A stretch of DNA of 41,921 nucleotides from Eubacteriales bacterium (GTDB lineage Bacteria; Bacillota; Clostridia; Oscillospirales; QAKW01). The notes below the pieces were generated by a model. The model made no database searches and was not told the DNA's origin. It worked only from the letters and a program-made list of their open reading frames with translations. Location of the stretch: NCBI GenBank assembly GCA_045659565.1, contig JAZOXD010000223.1, positions 1-41,921 on the forward strand, in the 5' to 3' direction. This document shows positions 9,115 to 16,387 of this stretch, piece after piece. The stretch's first letter is position 1. Each line of letters begins with the position of its first letter. The position numbers were made by a program, and so were the translations under genes.

Positions 9115-9144
9115 TGAACCCGACTATGATTTCTATACCAACGA
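9100..9144 (+). pseudogene. 45-nt relic homologous to an internal segment of the GGGtGRT gene
   Basis: 9100-9144 aligns without gaps to 548-592 of the intact gene. By hand count 39/45 nt are identical. Translation GFTYVEPDYDFYTNE versus GFTYVETDYDFYTSE. No similarity is visible on either side. Confidence 0.5.
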
Positions 9145-9178
9145 AAAAAGAGACTCCCATCGGGAGTCTCTTTTCTTT
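9144..9178. terminator. Bidirectional intrinsic terminator
   Basis: AAAAAA-GAGACTCCC-atc-GGGAGTCTC-TTTTCTTT, with a 10-bp stem when the flanking A-T pair is counted. Sits between convergent genes. Confidence 0.8.
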
Positions 9179-10406
9179 AAAATCTTGCAGTTTCCTCGGC
9201 GGCGATCTGCGCCCAGCGCCAAAGGCGGGCGGGATCGTTTTTTACGGTGGAGATGTCTTTTAAGAGCATTTCCAACGCCAATCCGTTGTCTTTGGCGGCC
9301 TGCATGGTGCGGCGGAGGTCGGCACGAACCGCCTCCTCCTCAAAGGTGGGACCTGCCAGCAGGGCAGGGTTGGGCTTATTGGACATGATGTATTTTTTAT
9401 TGAGCTTTCGGGCAAATTCCTCCCGATTGTTCCAAGGGGAGCAGGAGACCTTCCGCACATTGGGGAGTTGGTCGATTAGCTCCAGACGGTCGTCCAGCCG
9501 CTCGCAGCAGCCGTAATAGACAGCTCCGAAGCGGGCGAAGAGCTCCTTCATATAAGGGAGTTCAAATTCTTCGGTTATCTCGGGGGAGACGGAAGAAAAA
9601 AGCTGAGCCATGCCGAATGCCCACGCCCGATCTGCAGTTACAGTTCCTGCGCCGTAGGGCAGATCGTCGGAGAAGGTATGGGAGCAATGGCAGAGGGTGT
9701 TTGCGGTGTCGAAAGCGGAAAGGGCGTTGTATTGATCTATGGCGTTCAGCGTGCAATTGGTGAGCTTTCGCATGATGGCGTGCAGGTGCTCAGGGCGGTC
9801 GTAAAGATCCATATAGCATTCGGTAACGCCACGTGCCATAGAGACCCAATCCCAAACGCCAAGGTGTATTGTGAGTCCGCTCTCCATCACCGGGGCGATG
9901 CCGTTGAAGATTTGGTGCGCCTGCTCCCGATGCAGAATGCGATCTTTATCCACTTCAACGGTCATGGGGCGGAGCTTTTCGATATCCTCGGGGTTTTGCA
10001 GGACGTCGGTGTATTTTTGGGCATGGATCTTTCCCGCTTCTCCGATGGTTTTCTTTTGAATGTTCAAGCCAAAACTGGCTGTTCTCTTAAAGGAGGTAAA
10101 GGGGGAGGGCAGAATGATATATGGGGGCAGCACCATATCCACCGGCAGATGCTCCCATTTATAAATAGAGCGGCGGAGCCAATGTTCCACCCACTGCCAA
10201 TAGGGATCCTCGATTCGGCAACGGAGGGCGTCCTCCTCCAGTTCCACCCAAGGTATCTGGTCGATGAGTACCATCGGCTTTTGCATCTCCCGCCGATTTA
10301 GCGCCAGCCAAAGCTTTTTGGTCTCGGCTTGGCATGGGAGGGTGGCGTAGCTCATATATTTTTCCGCCAGCTGCCGTAGCAGGGCGATTTGATCGTGGTT
10401 TAGCAT
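9177..10406 (-). CDS. Uroporphyrinogen-decarboxylase (URO-D)-like family protein, function unknown
   Basis: 409 aa from MLNHDQ (SD GAGGTG). The C-terminal region (VYYGCCERLDDRLELIDQLPNVRKVSCSPWNN...SNKPNPALL) resembles URO-D/MtaA-like TIM-barrel proteins common in gut Firmicutes. Assigned from memory of the family only. Confidence 0.45.
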   Translation of the reverse strand: MLNHDQIALLRQLAEKYMSYATLPCQAETKKLWLALNRREMQKPMVLIDQIPWVELEEDALRCRIEDPYWQWVEHWLRRSIYKWEHLPVDMVLPPYIILPSPFTSFKRTASFGLNIQKKTIGEAGKIHAQKYTDVLQNPEDIEKLRPMTVEVDKDRILHREQAHQIFNGIAPVMESGLTIHLGVWDWVSMARGVTECYMDLYDRPEHLHAIMRKLTNCTLNAIDQYNALSAFDTANTLCHCSHTFSDDLPYGAGTVTADRAWAFGMAQLFSSVSPEITEEFELPYMKELFARFGAVYYGCCERLDDRLELIDQLPNVRKVSCSPWNNREEFARKLNKKYIMSNKPNPALLAGPTFEEEAVRADLRRTMQAAKDNGLALEMLLKDISTVKNDPARLWRWAQIAAEETARF

Positions 10407-10521
10407 TTTTATCACCTCGCTTTCATTATAAGGGTGAAAAAGTGATCTGTAAACCAAAAAAATGACCTAAAATGGTACAAAAATTGATTTTTTGTGATAA
10501 AATGAAAAAGAGGTGAGGAAA

Positions 10522-11268
10522 ATGGAACTATTGACCCACGGATTGGGGGTTTGCCCTTCGGATTGGAGGGTGTGTCAGCAGGAGCCATCCGGCTATTCAC
10601 GGGTGTACTATATTCGCTCCGGCTATGTTCGGTATCAGGATGCCGATCGGGAGACGGTGCTGAAGCAGGGGTACCTTTACCTGTTTCCTGCTTCCCGCCC
10701 CTATCGGATTATCCACGATCCCAAGCGGCCCATCGATTGCCTTTGGTTTCATATCGACTTTTTTTCTTATGATATCGATCGGATGGTGGAACTGAATCCT
10801 GCGGAGGAGCCCACTCTTGCCCATATTCTGAAGGCAATGTTGGCGGAACTTTCTCTGCAGAAAGAGCGCTCCCCCCTTCTTTTGGTGTTGGTGGAGGCAA
10901 TGTGCCACACGGTACTGCGCTCCTGCCCCTTTCAGGCAACTGAGGAGGAAATGCAGCGTATCATTGAATATATGCGTACTCACTTTGCCGACCACGATCT
11001 GACGGTACAGAGTCTGGCTCGCCGCTTCGGCTACACCGCCGCCCACCTGATCCGAAAGTTTCAAGCCGGCGTGCACAATACCCCGCATCGATATCTGGCG
11101 ACTCTGCGGCTCTCTTACGGGGCAAAACGCCTTTTGGAGGGTGCGACCGTTTCGGCGGCTGCGAACGAGAGTGGCTATGGGGACGTGAAGTCCTTTTCCA
11201 GAGCCTTTATGAAACTTTACGGGATTCCCCCCTCCCGTTACCGTCATTATTACAGACCCATGGCATAA
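10522..11268 (+). CDS. AraC-family transcriptional regulator
   Basis: 248 aa from MELLTHG (SD GAGGTGAGG). Cupin-like N-terminus; AraC HTH C-terminus (AANESGYGDVKSFSRAFMKLYGIPPSRYR). Divergent from the URO-D-like gene. Confidence 0.85.
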   Translation: MELLTHGLGVCPSDWRVCQQEPSGYSRVYYIRSGYVRYQDADRETVLKQGYLYLFPASRPYRIIHDPKRPIDCLWFHIDFFSYDIDRMVELNPAEEPTLAHILKAMLAELSLQKERSPLLLVLVEAMCHTVLRSCPFQATEEEMQRIIEYMRTHFADHDLTVQSLARRFGYTAAHLIRKFQAGVHNTPHRYLATLRLSYGAKRLLEGATVSAAANESGYGDVKSFSRAFMKLYGIPPSRYRHYYRPMA

Positions 11269-11413
11269 TTTTGTTGGCAAATCGGAAGGGGAGTTTGATA
11301 CTGCATTTATCTTTTTGTCGACAAATTATCATATATTTTACACTTACTCTCACCTCCTTTCTGTGAGCAAGAGAAAATCTCGCAACAATTTATTTGCCAT
11401 TTTTAATTTTCGC

Positions 11414-11442
11414 TTGACAAAATGGTTTACTGCTGATAAACT
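11414..11442 (+). promoter_or_regulatory. Sigma-A-type promoter of the blaI-like operon
   Basis: TTGACA (11414-11419), 17 nt, TAAACT (11437-11442), 50 nt upstream of the ATG. Confidence 0.6.
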
Positions 11443-11475
11443 AAAATTGAAGAAAAGGTTTATTGTTAATAAACC
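11424..11475 (+). promoter_or_regulatory. Two related 19-bp dyad operators (candidate BlaI-type repressor sites)
   Basis: GGTTTACTGCTGATAAACT (11424-11442, covering the spacer and -10) and GGTTTATTGTTAATAAACC (11457-11475, just before the SD). 15/19 identical. Each is a GGTTTA..TAAAC inverted repeat. Confidence 0.5.
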
Positions 11476-11491
11476 AAAAGGAGGTATTCCC

Positions 11492-11854
11492 ATGGAAGAA
11501 ATGAAATTAGGCGTGGTGGAGACCCGTTTTGCGGAACTGATTTGGCAAAAAGAGCCCTTGCCCTCCGGGGAACTGGTGAAACTTTGCGAAAAGGAACTAA
11601 ACTGGAAAAAGCCCACCACCTATACCGTTCTGCGAAAGCTTTGCGAAAGGGGTATCTTTCAGAACGAAGGGGGAACGGTTCGCTCCCGTATCAGCAAGGC
11701 GGATTTTTATGCCCTGCAAAGCGAAAAATTTGTGGAAGATACCTTTCGGGGATCCTTGCCTGCCTTTTTGGCGGCCTTTACCTCCCGTAAAAAACTTTCC
11801 TCGGAGGATGTGGAAAAACTTCGTAAAATGATCGAAGACTATAAGGAGGATTAA
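11492..11854 (+). CDS. BlaI/MecI/CopY-family winged-helix transcriptional repressor
   Basis: 120 aa. The N-terminal region (EEMKLGVVETRFAELIW..PLPSGELVKLC...WKKPTTYTVLRKLCERGI) matches the penicillinase-repressor fold pattern. SD AAAGGAGG. Stop lies 2 nt before the M56 gene. Confidence 0.85.
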   Translation: MEEMKLGVVETRFAELIWQKEPLPSGELVKLCEKELNWKKPTTYTVLRKLCERGIFQNEGGTVRSRISKADFYALQSEKFVEDTFRGSLPAFLAAFTSRKKLSSEDVEKLRKMIEDYKED

Positions 11855-11856
11855 CG

Positions 11857-13989
11857 ATGGATCAACTGTTTTTAAAACTCCTGAATATGAGTATCTCTGC
11901 CGGCTGGCTGGCCCTTGTGATCATGGTGTTGCGCCCCTTGATGAAGCGGGTGCCCAGGGCCATCCATTGCCTGTTGTGGGGGCTGGTGGGCCTCAGGTTG
12001 ATCTGGCCCTTTTCCATTAAAAGTATTTTGAGCCTGCTCCCCAGCGCCCAAACGGTGCCCCCGGAGATTGTGTATGAACAAATCCCTACCATTCACAGCG
12101 GTGTACCGGCCATCAATTCGGTGGTCAACCCTATTTTGTCCGAATCCTCCGCCGCCACTCCGATGGCCAGCGTGAACCCCATTCAGATCTGGCTGTTTTT
12201 GGCTGAAAACATTTGGGTGTTGGGGATGATCCTGATGGTTCTCTATGCCCTTATCAGCTATCTCCGCATCGCATTAAGAGTTCGAGCCAGGTTGCCCTTA
12301 GGCGGTAAGCTCTATGCCTGCGATGCCATCGATACCCCCTTTATTTTAGGGGTGTTTCGACCTAAGATCTTTCTGCCCTCTGCCCTGAATGGGGAAGAGC
12401 AGGCCTATGTGATCGCCCACGAACAGGCCCACCTGAAACGTAAGGACCATTGGTGGAAGCCCCTGGGCTTTCTGCTTCTCACCGTCTATTGGTTCAATCC
12501 CTTGATGTGGCTGGCCTATATCCTCCTTTGCCGGGATATCGAATTGGCCTGCGATGAAAAGGTGATCAAGGAAATGGGGATCGACGATAAAAAAGCCTAT
12601 TCCCGGGCCCTTTTGCAATGCAGCGCCCCCCGGCGGCTCATCGCCGCCTGCCCTCTGGCCTTCGGCGAGGGGGGGGTAGCCCAGCGGGTCAAATCGGTGC
12701 TTCACTATAAAAAGCCCGCCTTTTGGATCATCCTGGTGGCGATGCTCACAAGCATCACCCTGGCAGTCTGCTTTTTAACGGATCCCATCTCAAAACCGAA
12801 GGACGAAAACACCAATTTTAACGTTTTGTCAACCGTTTCCTCCTATCCCGGCATTTCGTTGGAATTATCCTCGGTCATCGGTCAGGAGATCACCGTAACC
12901 TGGATCAACGATGCGGATCAGGAGATGGAATTCGGCAATCCCTTTAAATTATATCGATTGGAAGGGGAGGAATGGGTAGAGCCCCTGCGGGGCCATACCG
13001 TCTTTGAATTGCCTGCCTACCCGCTATCCCCCGGAAAAAAGGCCTCCCACGTTTATTCGATCGATCATTATGACGTTAGTATAGCGGGGCTGTATCGCTT
13101 CGAAAGCGAATTCGGTGTTGGCAGAGAAGAACACACCATCTGTGTAGAATTTCAATTAAATGAAGGGATCGCTAATCATAAGATCCGGCTGTATGATCCC
13201 ATCGCCATGATCTATACCCACGGGGGCTTTTCCTTTGTGCAAACAGCGGGTGGTGCTCCCTGTATCGGACTGCGGGAGCATCGCGATGGCATCAGCCTGC
13301 AGGTCTACGAGCGCAATGCTTGGCAGGATTGTGGCACGGCCATTCCCATCACCCTGACGGAGGAAAATTTCGATCAGCGGTTCACCAGCCATCAGATTTG
13401 GGAAGAAAAGACCGATGCCGCCACCCTGCGTAAAAATAATAAAACCGCCTACGAGGTCAAGCAGGACGGTTGCCTGTACCTGGTGCTGGAGCAAAAGGAC
13501 GGAACCGTTTATTATGCCACCGGCCATTACGACATTCCCGAAATGGTCAATCCTAATAAAGATAGCTCCTTTATCCGCTGGCTCTATCGCACCGAATCGG
13601 TTCTCACCATCCCCAAGGAAAAGAAAAAGGTTACCACCCTTTATTTCACCTACCCGAATTCTGTTGATCCGACGCCACCCGCCCTCAACCTGTTTTTGGC
13701 AGATCAATCCTTTGATTTCTGCTTTTCCGCTTACAGCAGTTATCTGGCCTATGGGTTCTATGAGCGGGTGGGGAACGATCTGATTTTGAAAACCAAAGAC
13801 GGTTTGAATACCTACGTCTTTAAAATCGGGGAACACACCCTCACCTTTGATGCCCTTCGCTCTTCTGCAATCCCCGAATTCAAATATTCCGCAAACGCCG
13901 CCGCAACCCAATGCCCTGTGCCCCACGGCGCCGTTTTTGAAACAGGGATGGAAGGAGGAACCCTTGATGACTACGTTCCAAAAACTTGA
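11857..13989 (+). CDS. M56-family (BlaR1/MecR1-like) membrane metalloprotease/signal transducer with a long non-PBP C-terminal domain
   Basis: 710 aa. Hydrophobic N-terminal segments; zinc motif HEQAH (His188/Glu189/His192) followed by LKRKDHWWK. A further TM segment, then about 400 aa of predicted extracytoplasmic sequence. Confidence 0.8.
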   Translation: MDQLFLKLLNMSISAGWLALVIMVLRPLMKRVPRAIHCLLWGLVGLRLIWPFSIKSILSLLPSAQTVPPEIVYEQIPTIHSGVPAINSVVNPILSESSAATPMASVNPIQIWLFLAENIWVLGMILMVLYALISYLRIALRVRARLPLGGKLYACDAIDTPFILGVFRPKIFLPSALNGEEQAYVIAHEQAHLKRKDHWWKPLGFLLLTVYWFNPLMWLAYILLCRDIELACDEKVIKEMGIDDKKAYSRALLQCSAPRRLIAACPLAFGEGGVAQRVKSVLHYKKPAFWIILVAMLTSITLAVCFLTDPISKPKDENTNFNVLSTVSSYPGISLELSSVIGQEITVTWINDADQEMEFGNPFKLYRLEGEEWVEPLRGHTVFELPAYPLSPGKKASHVYSIDHYDVSIAGLYRFESEFGVGREEHTICVEFQLNEGIANHKIRLYDPIAMIYTHGGFSFVQTAGGAPCIGLREHRDGISLQVYERNAWQDCGTAIPITLTEENFDQRFTSHQIWEEKTDAATLRKNNKTAYEVKQDGCLYLVLEQKDGTVYYATGHYDIPEMVNPNKDSSFIRWLYRTESVLTIPKEKKKVTTLYFTYPNSVDPTPPALNLFLADQSFDFCFSAYSSYLAYGFYERVGNDLILKTKDGLNTYVFKIGEHTLTFDALRSSAIPEFKYSANAAATQCPVPHGAVFETGMEGGTLDDYVPKT

Positions 13990-14242
13990 CCGCCTGACCC
14001 AATTGGCCAAGGCCGATGAAACCCTGCACCAAAACCTGTTGCAAACCCGGAATCAATCGGAACCCCTGCTTTCCTTTTGTGCCCTGGCTCAAAAGCCCGG
14101 CGTGGATCTTTCCGCCGGCGAGCTCTTCGCCGTGGGAATGGAGTATTCGGATAACCAATGCAAAAGCACCAACGGCGGTAATCCTTCGCCCTATGAAGCA
14201 TTTGACGATGCTTATGAAAACTTTTTAAGTTCCATTAAATAA
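13967..14242 (+). CDS. Small Nif11-like-domain protein (91 aa) with an internal Gly-Gly motif
   Basis: Own SD GGAAGGAGGA inside the end of the M56 gene; 23-nt overlap. The N-terminus (FQKLDRLTQLAKADETLHQNLL...LLSFCALAQKPGVDLSAGEL) follows the Nif11 N-terminal domain pattern. Ends ...STNGG-NPSPYEAFDDAYENFLSSIK. Terminator follows. Confidence 0.5.
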   Translation: MTTFQKLDRLTQLAKADETLHQNLLQTRNQSEPLLSFCALAQKPGVDLSAGELFAVGMEYSDNQCKSTNGGNPSPYEAFDDAYENFLSSIK

Positions 14243-14267
14243 GAAAGCCCCGTGGGGGCTTTTTTAT
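14243..14267 (+). terminator. Intrinsic terminator of the blaI-like operon
   Basis: AAAGCCCC-gtg-GGGGCTTT followed by TTTTATTT. Confidence 0.7.
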
Positions 14268-14313
14268 TTGGATATTTCTTTTTCTCCCCTCATAAGGTAT
14301 ATGGGGTGAATTT

Positions 14314-15870
14314 ATGGATCATAAAAAATTTATGCAAAATGCATTTTTACTCACCGCCACCGGCCTTTTACTCCGGGCGGCGGGTCTTTTATTGCGGGTG
14401 CTTCTGGCCAATGTGCTGGGCGAGGCGGGGATGGGTCTTTATTCCCTGGTCTTTACGGTTTATAACCTGTTTATCACCTTGGCCCAATCCGGCATTGCTG
14501 TTGCGGTTACTCGGATGGTGGCCCAGTATTTTGCCCTTTCCCAACCGGGCAAGGCGGTGGGGGCCTTCCATTCCTGCCTGAAATGGGCGGCGCTGTTAAG
14601 CGGCGGGGCGGGGGGGCTCTTGTTTTTGGGCAATCGGCTTCTGGCCGGCCTTTGGATAGGGAACAGCGATTGCGCTCTGGCCTTGCGGGTGCTGGCTTTT
14701 TCCTTGCCCTTTATGGCCATCTCGGGTTGTTTTTCCGGCTATTTTCTGGCCCGGCGAGAGGTACGCCCCAATTGTTTGTCGCAAATCACCGAACAAACCA
14801 TCCGTCTGGCGATCTCCGGAGCGGTACTGCTCTTTTTCCGGGATCGGAGTTTAGAATTTTTGTTGGGGCTTACCGTATTGGCCAATACCATCTCCGAGGC
14901 CACCTCGTGCCTCTTTTTGGGGATTGTTTATGCCAAAAATCACCCCCGGGCCAAGGTCGAAAAGCCACCCCGGGGCAGTATCCGCCGCATTGCTCTTCCG
15001 GTGGCTGCCTCTCGTTATCTTTCAACGGGGCTCCATTCCACCGAAAATATGCTGATCCCCCTGGCCATTGCCCGCTATTCCGGCAGCTATCAGCAAGGGT
15101 TGGCGGAGTTCGGCGCTTTAAAGGGAATGGCGATACCCTTGCTCTTTTTTCCTGCCTCTTTTTTGACGGCTCTTTCTTCTCTTTTGGTGCCGGAGGTTAC
15201 CGATACCTCCTCCCGTCGGGATTGGAACGCCACCCGACGGATCATCAATCGGGCCTTGAATATCACCATTTGCCTTTCGGTTATGATCTCAGGTGTCTTT
15301 TTTGTCTATGGCCGGGAATTTGGACAAATGCTCTTTCATAGTGAAACCGCCGGAATGATGCTCCGGGTGCTGGCCCCCATCACCCCCTTTATGTATCTGG
15401 ATACCATTGCCGATGGCCTTTTGAAGGGGATGGATCTCCAATCCAAAACCCTTCGGAATAACACGGTGGATTCGGTGCTTCGCATTCTCTTAATCACAGT
15501 TTTGGTGCCCCTTTGCGGAATGAACGGCTTTTTGGGGGTGATGGTGTTTAGTAATATTCTGGTTTCCTCCCTGAATGTGGGAACCCTTCTCCGCTCCTGT
15601 CGGATGAGCCTCAATTGGATGGATTGGATTTTGAAGCCCCTTTCTGCCGCCGGGCTGGCCACTGCCCTGTGGGCTCTTTTGCCGGTGCGGGGCACTCTCT
15701 GGCAGATCATCGGCGGCATTTGCCTTTGGTGTTTGGCCTATCTTTTTCTTTATTGGTTGACACTCCCCGAAAAAAATTTTATAATGAAGAGGAAAGGGGA
15801 GAAGACCCATGAGAGAGCAATTATTGGAATGGCTGGAGGAAGTGCCCATCGTGGCTGCGGCCAAAAGTGA
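14314..15870 (+). CDS. spoVB: MOP/MurJ-superfamily flippase, stage V sporulation protein B-like
   Basis: 518 aa, polytopic. The N-terminus (LLRVLLANVLGEAGMGLYSLVFTVYNLFITLAQSGIAVAVTRMVAQ) matches the SpoVB/polysaccharide-biosynthesis-protein pattern. Confidence 0.65.
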   Translation: MDHKKFMQNAFLLTATGLLLRAAGLLLRVLLANVLGEAGMGLYSLVFTVYNLFITLAQSGIAVAVTRMVAQYFALSQPGKAVGAFHSCLKWAALLSGGAGGLLFLGNRLLAGLWIGNSDCALALRVLAFSLPFMAISGCFSGYFLARREVRPNCLSQITEQTIRLAISGAVLLFFRDRSLEFLLGLTVLANTISEATSCLFLGIVYAKNHPRAKVEKPPRGSIRRIALPVAASRYLSTGLHSTENMLIPLAIARYSGSYQQGLAEFGALKGMAIPLLFFPASFLTALSSLLVPEVTDTSSRRDWNATRRIINRALNITICLSVMISGVFFVYGREFGQMLFHSETAGMMLRVLAPITPFMYLDTIADGLLKGMDLQSKTLRNNTVDSVLRILLITVLVPLCGMNGFLGVMVFSNILVSSLNVGTLLRSCRMSLNWMDWILKPLSAAGLATALWALLPVRGTLWQIIGGICLWCLAYLFLYWLTLPEKNFIMKRKGEKTHERAIIGMAGGSAHRGCGQK

Positions 15871-16372
15871 TGAAGAACTGGAGCGTTGCCTGGAAAGTAA
15901 AAGCCGGGTGATCTTTCTGCTCTATGGCGATATCTGCACCGTTGCCGGTCTGGTGGAAAAGATCAAGGCGGCGGGAAAGATCGCTATCGTGCATATCGAT
16001 CTGATCGATGGTCTGGCGCCTAAGGATGTCAGCGTGGATTTTATTGCCAATCAGACCCGTGCGGATGGGATCATCTCCACCAAAAGCTCCTTGATCCGTT
16101 ATGCCCATCAATTGGGAATGTTCACGATCCAGCGCTATTTTCTGCTGGATTCCCGGGTGCTTGAAAATATTGCTAAAAACAGTTCTCCTGCCGATTGTCT
16201 GGAGGTATTGCCCGGGGTAATGCCCAAGATCATCCGCCTTCTGGCGGAAACCACCGGAAAGCCCATTATCGCCGGCGGAATGATCCGGGATAAGGAAGAC
16301 GTGCTGGCCTCCCTTTCTGCGGGGGCTGTGGCCATCTCTTCCACTAACAGTAAGGTTTGGTTCATTGAATAG
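15809..16372 (+). CDS. GlpP-family (glycerol-3-phosphate-responsive-type) antiterminator protein
   Basis: 187 aa. IVAAAKSDEELE...VIFLLYGDI...IVHIDLIDGL...DGIISTK...IQRYFLLDS...LPGVMPKII...PIIAGGMI is the G3P_antiterm family pattern. SD AAGGGGAG. Start lies 62 nt inside the spoVB-like ORF. Confidence 0.75.
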   Translation: MREQLLEWLEEVPIVAAAKSDEELERCLESKSRVIFLLYGDICTVAGLVEKIKAAGKIAIVHIDLIDGLAPKDVSVDFIANQTRADGIISTKSSLIRYAHQLGMFTIQRYFLLDSRVLENIAKNSSPADCLEVLPGVMPKIIRLLAETTGKPIIAGGMIRDKEDVLASLSAGAVAISSTNSKVWFIE

Positions 16373-16387
16373 AAAGGAAGCGGATAG

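Noticed and set aside
11315-11491. 59-codon in-frame N-terminal extension of the BlaI-like gene (TTG start in the ORF track)
   Set aside because: The extension contains the predicted promoter and both operators. It is AT-rich with a Lys/Phe/Asn-heavy translation. A strong SD sits just before the ATG at 11492, and BlaI-family proteins are about 120-130 aa.
14272-14298. Sigma-E-like promoter (ATATT, 14 nt, CATAAGGT) upstream of the spoVB-like gene
   Set aside because: The match to my recollection of the Bacillus sigma-E consensus is attractive. However, the implied transcription start would fall inside or after the SD (GGGGTG at 14303-14308), and I cannot score the match without a matrix. It is too weak to list as a feature.
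14583-15341. 252-aa alternative-frame ORF inside the spoVB-like gene
   Set aside because: It is an Arg/Gly/Pro-rich out-of-frame translation on the same strand. It has no start context, whereas the annotated frame gives a coherent polytopic MOP-flippase sequence.
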